Positions 1 to 8,662 of a DNA stretch of 15,066 nucleotides are shown here, piece after piece. The stretch is from Myxococcota bacterium (GTDB lineage: Bacteria; Myxococcota_A; SURF-8; G963663525). The stretch's first letter is position 1. Each line of letters opens with the position of its first letter. The notes under the pieces were generated by a model. That model saw nothing but the letters and a program-made list of their open reading frames with translations. It had not been told where the DNA came from and made no database searches. The position numbers and the translations under genes were made by a program. The stretch spans positions 1 to 15,066 of the forward strand of contig CAXXVK010000058.1 in assembly GCA_963676915.2 (NCBI GenBank), read 5' to 3'.

Positions 1-58
1 GAGTGTCGTCTCGGGTTATTTAATACCATTTCGCTATCAAGTATCGAAAACATCTCGC

Positions 59-123
59 GTAGGTCGGGCAAATTTCTTGCCCGACAATGCCAAGGTGTCG
101 GGCTAAAAATTAGCCCGACCTAC
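59..123. repeat. GTAG-type REP doublet (REPIN-like), family A
   Basis: Arms 59-86 (GTAGGTCGGGCAAATTTCTTGCCCGACA) and 96-123 are inverted copies matching at 25/28, with a 9-nt spacer. Each arm is a GTAG tetranucleotide plus its own hairpin (GTCGGGCW-loop-WGCCCGAC). Confidence 0.8.
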
Positions 124-471
124 TTGCTGCTTGATCGTTGATTTGCCCGAACTGGGTGAATACAACCGGCGCCAAATCGCCGCTCTCGTCGGCGTCGCTC
201 CGTTCAATCGAGATAGCGGCGCGTTCAAAGGCAAACGCATGACCGGTGGTGGAAGAAGGCAAGTGCGCACCCAACTGTACATGCCCACTTTGTCCGCCAT
301 CCAGCACAACCCTGTAATTCGAGCCTTCAATCAAAGGCACGTCACTATGGGTAAACCCAAAATGACCACCGTCATCGCATCTATGCGGAAACTCCTCGTT
401 ATCATGAATACTATGCTTAAAAATAGGGAGGAGTGGAAACCAAAATTTGCTTGACTTCAATCACAGTCGCT
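120..471 (+). mobile_element. IS110-family insertion sequence remnant with probable right end near 471
   Basis: The transposase fragment is followed by TTGACT (451-456, -35-like) and ...CAGTCGCT ending in CT (470-471), which resembles IS110 right ends. Boundaries are inferred. Confidence 0.6.
122..454 (+). pseudogene. IS110-family transposase, C-terminal fragment only
   Basis: LIVDLPELGEYNRRQIAALVGVAPFNRDSG...GGR..VR..LYM...MRKLL is the typical IS110 C-terminal region including the SG motif. The frame is closed upstream by TAA at 104-106 inside the REP doublet, and no N-terminal DEDD domain is present. Confidence 0.88.
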
Positions 472-507
472 ACTTGCTTTCTTCAATCAACCATCCGTTC
501 GCCAACT

Positions 508-540
508 AAAAACGCCGCGTTCGATTTCGAACGCGGCGTT
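508..540 (-). terminator. Intrinsic terminator of the DsbA-like gene
   Basis: Perfect inverted repeat AACGCCGCGTTCGA/TCGAACGCGGCGTT (511-540) with a T-run on the minus strand, about 23 nt after the stop at 564. Confidence 0.8.
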
Positions 541-563
541 GAAGAGTTTCCGAAAGAATTCGG

Positions 564-2536
564 TTATTTCTTCTTGGCTTTCAAGGCTTCGTCGATGGCT
601 TTCTTGAAGGCTTCGATGGGCTGAGCGCCACGAAGTTTTTTGCCGTTGATGAAGCTGGTGGGCGTGCCGCGAGCACCGACCTTGTTGGCCTGCGTCTGCT
701 CGGCTTTGATCTGGGAAGCGATGGCGTCGCTTTCCATGGCGGCTTTCCACTTGCTGACGTTCAAGCCCAGTTCCTTGGCGTAGGCTTCCAAGTCGGCGTC
801 TTCCAGTTTTTGTTGTTGTCGAACAGTTTCTTGTGCATTTCCCAGAACTTGCCCTGCTCACCGGCGGCCATGACGGCTTTCGCGGCAGGCATTGCACGCT
901 TGTGGAAGCTCAGAGGCTGGTTTTTCCAGACGATTTTCAGCTTGTCGCCGTACTCTTCTTTCAGCTTGTCGATGGTCGGCTCCAGGCGCTTGCAGAAGGG
1001 GCATTGGAAATCGCTGAAGTATATGAGTTCGACCGGGGCGTTTTTGCCACCCGCGAAGTACGATTTTCCGGCAGTCACGTCGTAGACTTTGTTCGGGTCT
1101 TCCTGCGGACGCTTGGGTTTTTGCACGGCCTGGGTCGCACCGTTTTTGATCAACTCGGCATAAAGTTTATCACCTTTGAGTCCTTTTTCCTTCGCCAGTT
1201 TTTCGGCGGCGGGCAGGATGTCTTTGTCGATGAAGGATTTGAACATCTCGAAGGGACGAGCGCCGGAGAAGCTACGACCGTTGATGAAGAAACCGGGGGT
1301 TCCGCGAGCACCGAATTTCTGGAGCAGCTTGGAGTCGGATTCGACTTTGGCTACGGTCTTGGGATCTTTCATGTCCTTTTCGAACTTGGCCATGTTCAAG
1401 CCCAGCTCTTGGGCGAATTTCTTGAGGTTATCCTCTTTGAGAGCTTTCTGGTTGGCGAAGCATTTGTCATGGAATTCCCAGAATTTACCCTGCAAATGGG
1501 CGGCATGGGCAGCCTGCGAAGCCAGCTTGGCATCTTTGTGGAAGGGCAGAGGATTGTGCACGAAGAAGACGCGGATTTTTCCGGGGTAGGCTTCTTCCAG
1601 CAGTTTTTTCATCGTGGGGTTGACGCGGCTGCAGAAGGGGCATTGGAACTCGGAACCTTCGATGATAGTGATCAGAGCGTCCTTGTCGCCTTTCATCGGG
1701 GTGTTCGCGGGAACTTCGATTTTGTACACCGTGGTGTCTTCTTTACGTTCACGCGCTTTGGGAGCATCGGCCTTGGTTTTGGCGTTCTTGATGACTTCCG
1801 CATACACGTTTTTCACGCCTTTGGCCTTGATGGCTTTCGCGGCGGCCATTTCTTTGTCGATGACAGCTTTGAACTTTTCGAACGGCTGAGCGCCGGAAAG
1901 GCGAATACCGTTGATGAAGAAGTGAGGTGTTCCACGCGCCTGGAAACGCTGCGCAACGGCTTTGTCCTTCTGGATTTTGGCGTTGGTTTTGGGGTCTTTG
2001 AGGACTTCCTGGTACTTGGCCATATCCAAGCCGAGTTCTTTGGCGTATTTTTCAACGTCTTCCGGGCTCAACGCTTTGCGGTTTTCGAACAGCTTTTTGT
2101 GCATTTCCCAGAATTTGCCCTGGGCTTGAGCGGCGATGGATCCCAGGTGGCCGTTCATCGCGTTTTTATGGAAAGGAAGCGGGTTGTGCTTCCACACGAC
2201 GCGCACGTCTTTTCCGTAGGTTTCCAGAATTTTGTCCATGGTACCTTCCACGCGACCGCAGAAGGGGCATTCGAAGTCGGAAATTTCGATGATCGTGACG
2301 AGGGCGTCTTCTCCGCCGCCTTTAATCGGATCGTCATCGGCTACTTCGACCTTGAAACGTTCTTCATCTGTCTCGGTCTTTTTGACGGCTTTTTTCTCGG
2401 CTTTGTCGGCGACTTTCTTGGCGGGAGCTTCTTTTTTGGCCTCTTTGTCTCCGGCAGGCTGGCCGCACCCGGCAGCCAAAGCAAAGAAAAACAGTACGGT
2501 GGTCAGCATCGACCACTTCAAAATCACTTTACTCAT
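564..2536 (-). CDS. Lipoprotein with three tandem DsbA-like thioredoxin domains; 1-nt frameshift near 807-811
   Basis: Signal peptide with lipobox LAAG-C and a GGAGG RBS. Three CPFC motifs (codons at 2258-2269, 1631-1642, 992-1003) and three RGTP cis-Pro motifs. The third RGTP lies in ORF 564..791, a different frame. Adding one A to the A5 run joins ORFs 761..2536 and 564..791 into a 657-aa protein. Confidence 0.9.
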
Positions 2537-2747
2537 TCGATAACCTCCATTTTGACGATAAAAGGTTCCTTGGGTTTCACTAATGAACCATATCGAAAAC
2601 TAAACGAACCAAACCTTTCGTTTATTCCGGATTTTTTGGGATTTTTTCATCCCATTCGACGATTTCACGGCAAAGGGTTGAATATCAGCCGAATTTCTTG
2701 GCCTAATCCCGTATTTCCAAACCCCAATCCAATGTTCGGGTAGGGCG

Positions 2748-2776
2748 ACCCTAACAGAATCCCGGAAGTGGTGCAA
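2748..2776 (-). promoter_or_regulatory. Putative sigma70-type promoter for the DsbA-like gene
   Basis: Minus strand reads TTGCAC-N17-TAGGGT with a TG extended -10 motif. Confidence 0.4.
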
Positions 2777-2888
2777 GAGATTTTGACTCTATAAGTAGTA
2801 TAACGCTGGGAAGGGTCGTATTTATAGAAACTCTCGATGGAATCGATTAAAAAACCTAGAAATCACACAAGAATTCCCAGGTGCCGAT

Positions 2889-3698
2889 TCATTGAAAACC
2901 ACCTCGCGGCTTTCGTTTCGATTCCGGAATCCAGCGATATAATTCCTCAGGAGGCGGGCGGTCGTCGTAAAAGACCGATTCAAGACTCAGCCCGGAGGCC
3001 GGAGCGGTTTGCGCCGCCTCACGTCGGTCGCGAGCCTCCAGGATTCTCAAAACATCCTGCTCGTCGAGGCGACCTCGTCCGACGTCCACCAGCACGCCGA
3101 CGAGATTCCGAACCATCTGCTTTAAAAACGCCGTGGCGAAAACCCGGATCGTGACGGTGTCGTCCATCCGCCGGGTTTCGAGAAAATACAGGGTGCGAAC
3201 CGGGTGCGCTGCCTGGCAGTCCGCCGCCCGGAACGAAGAAAAATCATGCTCGCCGATCAGAAGTTGACCTGCGCGCTGCATCGCCTGATCGTCGAGAAGG
3301 CGGGGGACATGCCAGACCCGCCCGCGCTCCAGTGTCGGTTTTCCTGGCCGGTTCAAAATGCTGTAACAGTAGATTTTTCCAGCAGAATGCTTTCGTGGGT
3401 CGAAGGTTTCGGGCACTTCGTCGGCATGAACCACGGCCAGGTCTTCGGGAGTATGCGCATTCAAGGCCAGTACAAGTTTTTTCGGCGGCATCTTCGATTC
3501 GGCATCGAAGCAGGCGACCTGTCCTCTGGCGTGAACGCCTGCATCGGTTCGTCCCGCAACGAACACCCGGATATCCCGCTGAAAAATCGCCGCAACAGCC
3601 TGTTCCAGCGCTTGTTGAATCGTGCGCCGGTTGGGTTGGACTTGCCAACCGCTGAACTGTTCTCCGTCGTATTCGAGCGTCAATCGATAGCGAGTCAT
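2889..3698 (-). CDS. truA: tRNA pseudouridine(38-40) synthase
   Basis: N-terminal LTLEYDG..FSGWQ.QP, catalytic AGRTDAGVHA.GQV, GEHDFSSFR, FLKQMVR and TAPASGL.L motifs; 269 aa. Confidence 0.97.
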   Translation of the reverse strand: MTRYRLTLEYDGEQFSGWQVQPNRRTIQQALEQAVAAIFQRDIRVFVAGRTDAGVHARGQVACFDAESKMPPKKLVLALNAHTPEDLAVVHADEVPETFDPRKHSAGKIYCYSILNRPGKPTLERGRVWHVPRLLDDQAMQRAGQLLIGEHDFSSFRAADCQAAHPVRTLYFLETRRMDDTVTIRVFATAFLKQMVRNLVGVLVDVGRGRLDEQDVLRILEARDRREAAQTAPASGLSLESVFYDDRPPPEELYRWIPESKRKPRGGFQ

Positions 3699-3803
3699 TT
3701 TCCAACTTTCAAGGGTGAAAATTCACGACATCCTGAATCAAGACGTCAAAATAGCCGTCTTTTTCATCGTTTTCAATCTTTCGTTCATTCCAAATCCAAA
3801 ATA

Positions 3804-3830
3804 GAAAAGCCCCCCATTTCGGGAGGCTTC
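3804..3830 (-). terminator. Intrinsic terminator downstream of hcp
   Basis: Minus strand reads AAGCCTCCC-GAAAT-GGGGGGCTT followed by TTCTATTTT. Confidence 0.65.
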
Positions 3831-3858
3831 GTTTCAAAGAGATTGAAACCGGGTCGAA

Positions 3859-5499
3859 CTAGCCGACCATGGCTTTCAAATCGTCTTCCACGGTGGTGGT
3901 GGGTTTGATGTCGAATTTCTCGACGAGCACGTTGAGCACCGGTTCGGTAACGAAAGACGGCAGCGTCGGTCCGAGGCGGATGTTTTTGATTCCAAGGTGC
4001 AGCAGCGTCAGCAGGATCGCCACGGCTTTTTGTTCGTACCAACTCAACACCATCGACAACGGCAAGCTGTTGACATCGGTTTCAAAGGCATTGGCCAGCG
4101 CCACGGCGATTTGAATGGCGGAGTAGGCATCGTTGCATTGTCCGATGTCCAACAGGCGGGGAATACCTTCGATATCGCCGAACTCCAGCTTGTTGAACCG
4201 GTATTTTCCGCAAGCGAGCGTCAGAATCACCGAATCCTGCGGTACGGATTGGGCGAGATCGGTGAAGTAATTGCGTCCGGACTTCGCGCCGTCACAGCCG
4301 CCGATAAGGAAGAAGTGTTTGATTTTACCGGCTTTTACACCTTCGATCACCTTGTCCGCCACCGACAGCACGCTGTTACGGGCGAATCCGACCAGGATGG
4401 TTTTCTCTTCCTCGTCTTCGGCAAAACCTTCCGCAGCCAACGCCGCTTCGATCACCGGTGAAAAGTCCTGTCCGACGAGATGCCGAACTTCCGGCCAGGC
4501 AACGAGATTGGTGGTGAAAATCCTGGGGAAATAACTGGGCTGAGGACGTTGAATGCAGTTGGTGGTCATCAGAATCGCACCGGGGAAGGCATCGAATTCC
4601 TTGCGTTGATCCTGCCAGGCGCCTCCGTAATTGCCGACGAGATGGGAATACTTTTTCAACTCCGGGTAGCCGTGCGCCGGGAGCATTTCTCCATGCGTGT
4701 AAATGTTGATGCCCTTACCTTCGGTTTGTTTCAGCAACTCTTCCAAATCCTTCAGGTCGTGGCCGCTGACCAGGATCGCTTTGCCTTTGACCGGTGTGAC
4801 ACGAACCGGAGTGGGCACCGGATGTCCATAGGTGCCGGTGTTGGCGAAATCGAGCAGTTCCATGGTTTTGAGATTCATTTCCCCGACTTTGAGCGCCATG
4901 CCGAGGTAGTCGTTTACGTCATGCGTCGTGGCGAGAAAGTCCATTGCCTCGTGCACGAAGGCATAAACGCTTTCGTCTTCCTGCCCTAAAATCTGCGCAT
5001 GGTCGGCGTATGCGGCCAGACCTTTCAGGCCATAGGTGATCAACTCTTCCAACCCGGTAATATCCTCGCCTTTTTCCTTTTTCCGCAACTCGATGCCGAT
5101 CAGGGACGACAAATGCAGCCAGCCTTCGGGCGTCATAGCAAGATCCCAGGAAATGCCGTCACCGAGGTTTTCCGGTTCCTGTCCGGCGGCACGGCACTGG
5201 GTTTCATAGTCGTTTTGGGCTTTTTCTTTCAGTCGAAGAAGTTTTGCAAGCAAACCTTGCAAACGCTTGGGATCAAAATTGACGTTGGTAATCGTCGTAA
5301 ACAACCCTTCGATCATGAAGATATCGGTTTCATGGTCTTTGATTCCGAAGCCTCGCAAACGATGGGTGTAGCGAGCCAGGGATTTCAAGCCCTGAATCAT
5401 CAGATCCTGCAATGTGGCGGTTTGTGCGTCTTTGCCGCAGACTCCCACTTTGGTGCAGCCGGTTCCCTGAGCGCGCTGTTCACATTGGTAACAAAACAT
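3859..5499 (-). CDS. hcp: Hybrid cluster protein (hydroxylamine reductase / prismane protein)
   Basis: Starts MFCYQCEQ with C-x2-C-x8-C-x5-C; motifs SGHDL, YTHGEMLPAH, TTNC, GGCDG, LACGKYR, GQCND, SWYEQKA. The start is placed at 5499 (AAGGAG RBS) rather than 5547; 546 aa. Confidence 0.97.
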   Translation of the reverse strand: MFCYQCEQRAQGTGCTKVGVCGKDAQTATLQDLMIQGLKSLARYTHRLRGFGIKDHETDIFMIEGLFTTITNVNFDPKRLQGLLAKLLRLKEKAQNDYETQCRAAGQEPENLGDGISWDLAMTPEGWLHLSSLIGIELRKKEKGEDITGLEELITYGLKGLAAYADHAQILGQEDESVYAFVHEAMDFLATTHDVNDYLGMALKVGEMNLKTMELLDFANTGTYGHPVPTPVRVTPVKGKAILVSGHDLKDLEELLKQTEGKGINIYTHGEMLPAHGYPELKKYSHLVGNYGGAWQDQRKEFDAFPGAILMTTNCIQRPQPSYFPRIFTTNLVAWPEVRHLVGQDFSPVIEAALAAEGFAEDEEEKTILVGFARNSVLSVADKVIEGVKAGKIKHFFLIGGCDGAKSGRNYFTDLAQSVPQDSVILTLACGKYRFNKLEFGDIEGIPRLLDIGQCNDAYSAIQIAVALANAFETDVNSLPLSMVLSWYEQKAVAILLTLLHLGIKNIRLGPTLPSFVTEPVLNVLVEKFDIKPTTTVEDDLKAMVG

Positions 5500-5593
5500 G
5501 TCGTTCTCCTTTTCCATGGTTAAAATTCCAAACGTTGCGACATCCATTTCGTTGTTGTTCTTTGTCCAGCCTACGAGTTTGAGAATTTCTCGC

Positions 5594-5609
5594 CTTGACT
5601 CCGGTCAAG
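5594..5609. promoter_or_regulatory. Crp/Fnr-family (HcpR-like) binding palindrome upstream of hcp
   Basis: CTTGAC-TCCG-GTCAAG is a perfect palindrome with FNR-like spacing. A -10-like TAGGCT on the minus strand at 5573-5568 places the site centre near -41. Confidence 0.7.
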
Positions 5610-5807
5610 CTTTTGAAAAAGAGTGAAACTTTTTTAATGGGAAATTTTTCGTGCAGATCTGCCATGGAACCGCAGGATTCCATGGCTCTCACCAATCCGT
5701 TGAGTCCGGCAGCCATCAGGTTCCAGTAAAGCGGCTGGGAAACTTCCGCCAACGAGTGTTCATTTTCGCAGGCGAGAAATGATCGGGTGAAACAACCTTC
5801 AGGTCAT

Positions 5808-5841
5808 AAAAAACCCCGTATCTCCTGGGAGATACGGGGTT
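5808..5841 (-). terminator. Intrinsic terminator downstream of the carboxyltransferase gene
   Basis: Stem AACCCCGTATCTCC/GGAGATACGGGGTT with a T6 run on the minus strand, 20 nt after the stop. Confidence 0.85.
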
Positions 5842-5861
5842 GGAACGTTTGCGGTCGCGGT

Positions 5862-7352
5862 TTATAATGGCGCGTTGCGGTGCTTGCGGGGGAAGGTCAT
5901 TTCGGTCTTGTTCCCGATGGTTTTGAGTGCGTTGGTCAGCACTTTGCGGGTGCTTTCCGGGGCGATGATATCGTCGATGAACCCGTGTTCGGCTGCCATG
6001 TAAGGAGTCATGTAGGTGGTTTCGTAGTCGGCGATGGTTTTGCTGAGGAACTCGTTGAGTTCTTCGTCTTGACCTTCGGCTTTGAAGCCTTTGATCGTGC
6101 GGTAATGGAGAATTCCGACAGCTCCCTGCGCGCCCATCACGGCGATTTCGGCGTTAGGCCAGGCGAAATTGTAGTCTGCACCGATATGCTTGGAACTCAT
6201 CACGTCGTAGGCTCCACCGTAGGCTTTGCGGAGAATCACGGTCAGTTTCGGTACCGTGGCTTCGGCGAAAGCGTACAGGATTTTCGCGCCGTTCATGATG
6301 ATGCCGTTATGTTCCTGATTTACTCCGGGCAGATAACCGGGAACATCCACGAAAGTGATCAACGGCACGTTGTAGGCGTCGCAGGTTCGAATGAAGCGTC
6401 CGCCCTTGCGCGAGGCGTTGACATCCAGCGTACCGGCCAGATAGGCGGGCTGGTTGGCCACCACACCCACGGCGTGACCGTCGAGTCGAGCGAATCCGAC
6501 CACAAGGTTTTTGGCCCAGTCTTTGTGAATTTCGAAGAACGTGTTCTTGTCCATCACCTCTTTGATGACTTTGCGCACGTCGTAGCCGCGTTTCGTGTTG
6601 CGCGGCACGATCTCTTCGAGAGTCGGACAGGAACGCCAAGGATCGTCGTCGGGCTCGATCACCGGAGGCTTTTCGTTGCAGTTTTGCGGAAGATAGGACA
6701 ACACTTTGCGAATGTTGTGAATCGCATCCAGATCGCTTTTGAACGTACGGTGGCAGACACCCGATTTCGTGGCGTGTGCTTTGGGGCCGCCGAGCTGTGT
6801 CTGATCGACATCTTCGCCGGTGACGGCTTTAAGCACTTTCGGACCGGTGATGAACATGAAGCTCTGGTTTTCGACCATGAAGATGAAGTCGGTCAGCGCC
6901 GGAGAATATACCGCGCCGCCCGCGCAATGGCCGTTGATACAGCTGATTTGCGGAATCACGCCGGAGGAGCGCACGTTGCGATAAAAGATGTCGCCGTACC
7001 CGGCCAGGGAAATCACGCCTTCTTGCAAACGTGCTCCGCCTGAGTCGTTGAAACCGACCACCGGGGCTTGTTCTTTAATGGCCAGATCCATGATTTTACA
7101 GACTTTTTTGGCGTGTGCCTCGCCAAGGCTGCCACCCATGAAACTGGAATCCTGACTGAAGGCGAACACGGGACGGCCATTGACGAGACCATACCCGGTA
7201 ATTACGCTGTCACCCGCCACTCGCTTTTTTTCCATACCGTATCCGGTAATGTGGTGCATGACGTGACGGTCCATTTCGTGAAACGTGTCTTTATCGAAAA
7301 ATTCGATCAGTCGGTCTCTTGCGGACAATCGTTCCGGTTTTTCGTTGCTCAT
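5862..7352 (-). CDS. pccB: Acyl-CoA carboxylase carboxyltransferase subunit (PccB/MmdA-like)
   Basis: Motifs SARDR, GGSLGE, DSGGARLQEG, CAGGAVYSPALTD, DVPGYLPG..QE, RKAYGGAYDVMSSK and C-terminal RKH.N.PL. Substrate (propionyl-CoA carboxylase vs methylmalonyl-CoA decarboxylase) cannot be determined from sequence. Confidence 0.9.
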   Translation of the reverse strand: MSNEKPERLSARDRLIEFFDKDTFHEMDRHVMHHITGYGMEKKRVAGDSVITGYGLVNGRPVFAFSQDSSFMGGSLGEAHAKKVCKIMDLAIKEQAPVVGFNDSGGARLQEGVISLAGYGDIFYRNVRSSGVIPQISCINGHCAGGAVYSPALTDFIFMVENQSFMFITGPKVLKAVTGEDVDQTQLGGPKAHATKSGVCHRTFKSDLDAIHNIRKVLSYLPQNCNEKPPVIEPDDDPWRSCPTLEEIVPRNTKRGYDVRKVIKEVMDKNTFFEIHKDWAKNLVVGFARLDGHAVGVVANQPAYLAGTLDVNASRKGGRFIRTCDAYNVPLITFVDVPGYLPGVNQEHNGIIMNGAKILYAFAEATVPKLTVILRKAYGGAYDVMSSKHIGADYNFAWPNAEIAVMGAQGAVGILHYRTIKGFKAEGQDEELNEFLSKTIADYETTYMTPYMAAEHGFIDDIIAPESTRKVLTNALKTIGNKTEMTFPRKHRNAPL

Positions 7353-7640
7353 GTGCTTCCTGTTCGTCGCTGGAGATTATCTATCTCGTTGAATCGTTGG
7401 GGATATCCATCGTTCGAGTGTCGGGCCGACCAAAGGCCATTAACTCTATAGAAACGTTGAAAAGGCTCTCAAGTTGCCCACGGGTTGTCGATCGAACGAA
7501 AGTTACGCTTTTATAATCCAGTATTTTTACCCCACATTTGCAAGGATTACAAACAAATTCTGTGGGGAAGCGCTCCTTGGGGTGCATCACAAAATGGTGC
7601 GAATTGACCCAATAACATTGAAGCATTCATTCATTGGGTT

Positions 7641-7735
7641 GTAGCGGCGAGGCGTAAGCCCGCCGAAAAGGGAGATTGGGGGTATAAAAGCAACTTTCAA
7701 AAGGCAAAAACGGCGGGCTTACGCCTCGCCGCTAC
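7641..7735. repeat. GTAG-type REP doublet (REPIN-like), family B, intact
   Basis: Perfect 25-bp inverted repeat GTAGCGGCGAGGCGTAAGCCCGCCG (7641-7665 and 7711-7735) with a 45-nt spacer. Each arm has an internal hairpin CGGCG-a-GGC-GTAA-GCC-CGCCG. Confidence 0.85.
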
Positions 7736-7840
7736 TACGAAAAAAGAGGATTTTACGAAAGTCGCTATATTTTGTGATGCACCCCGCTCCTTGAGAGCGC
7801 ATCGAAAAATGGTGCGAGTGTAGAAATTCTTCCTTTTTTC

Positions 7841-7926
7841 GTAGCTGCGAGACGTTCGCCTGCCATCGTTGTCGTTTGAAAATCGTTTTTATTTCCTCTT
7901 TCGATGGGCTTATGCCTCTTCGCTAC
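7841..7926. repeat. Degenerate copy of the family B REP doublet
   Basis: 7841-7865 matches the left arm at 19/25 and 7902-7926 matches the right arm at 20/25. GTAG/CTAC termini are retained. Confidence 0.7.
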
Positions 7927-8083
7927 AGCCAATCGACCGGCCGCTTTCACTTTATCGAATCTATTTGCTGCGTCTTATGGTGTGCCACGGCGAATCGTAA
8001 AACATTCCTTCCGAAAAGGACTAGCCCGAAAGATAAAAATCGCCTAAAATGAATTATTACTTCATTAAGCGCGGGAAACGTCG

Positions 8084-8632
8084 ATGGCGGATCTTTTTTC
8101 GTTTTTATCCAAGCTGCGATTGTTCAAGGATTTTTCGAAAGAGGAAATCCATACGGTGATGCGCTCGCTCAACCGTATTCGATTCAAGGCTGACGAAATT
8201 CTGGCCTACGAAGGCAAAAAAGGCGACTCCATGTTCGTTATCGCCGAGGGAGTCGTAAAGGTCATGAGCGAAACCCACAAGGGTGTTGCAGTAACGTTGG
8301 CTCGTCTGGGTGAAGGGGAAGTGGTTGGCGAAATGGCACTGATCGACAACGGCGAACGCTCGGCCACCCTCGTCGCCGAAACCGACGGACGGGTCTATAA
8401 ATTGACTCGCAAAGACTTCAACGAGCTGATTCGCAAACTGGACCCGGCGGCATTCAAACTGCTCTGGGCCGTTACGATTGCCGGATGCGAACGCCTTCGG
8501 GAGGTGGACCGCCAAGTGGAACATTACCTGAAGAATCCCGAAACGCTCTACGAACCGGAAGTCAAAGACGGCATGGACCGTTCGGTGGTTACTCAGGCGG
8601 TTCATAAAATGATGAAGCTGTTCCGCAAGTAA
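8084..8632 (+). CDS. Stand-alone cyclic nucleotide-binding domain protein
   Basis: LF..F..EE, EG..GDSMFVIAEG.V.V and phosphate-binding cassette GEVVGEMALID...RSATLVA. No recognisable Crp HTH; 182 aa. Confidence 0.9.
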   Translation: MADLFSFLSKLRLFKDFSKEEIHTVMRSLNRIRFKADEILAYEGKKGDSMFVIAEGVVKVMSETHKGVAVTLARLGEGEVVGEMALIDNGERSATLVAETDGRVYKLTRKDFNELIRKLDPAAFKLLWAVTIAGCERLREVDRQVEHYLKNPETLYEPEVKDGMDRSVVTQAVHKMMKLFRK

Positions 8633-8662
8633 TTCCGGATCCGGCACGAAACGAGGCATGGT

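Noticed and set aside
564-791. Separate 75-aa gene
   Set aside because: It is the frameshifted C-terminus of the third DsbA domain.
833-2743. 636-aa plus-strand ORF
   Set aside because: It is the antisense shadow of the codon-biased DsbA-like gene, with no recognisable motifs.
5500-5547. 16-aa N-terminal extension of Hcp in the ORF track
   Set aside because: The family starts at MFCYQC, and the AAGGAG RBS supports 5499.
5480-5752. 90-aa ORF upstream of hcp, considered as a small regulator remnant
   Set aside because: It has a TTG start without an RBS, no recognisable domain, and runs through the hcp promoter and start.
5880-7043. 387-aa plus-strand ORF
   Set aside because: It is antisense to the well-supported carboxyltransferase gene and has no motifs.
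7381-7950. Short ORFs (7381..7626, 7765..7950) or a CRISPR array in the intergenic region
   Set aside because: The ORFs show no coding features. The repeats are inverted pairs rather than regularly spaced direct repeats, and no cas genes are present.
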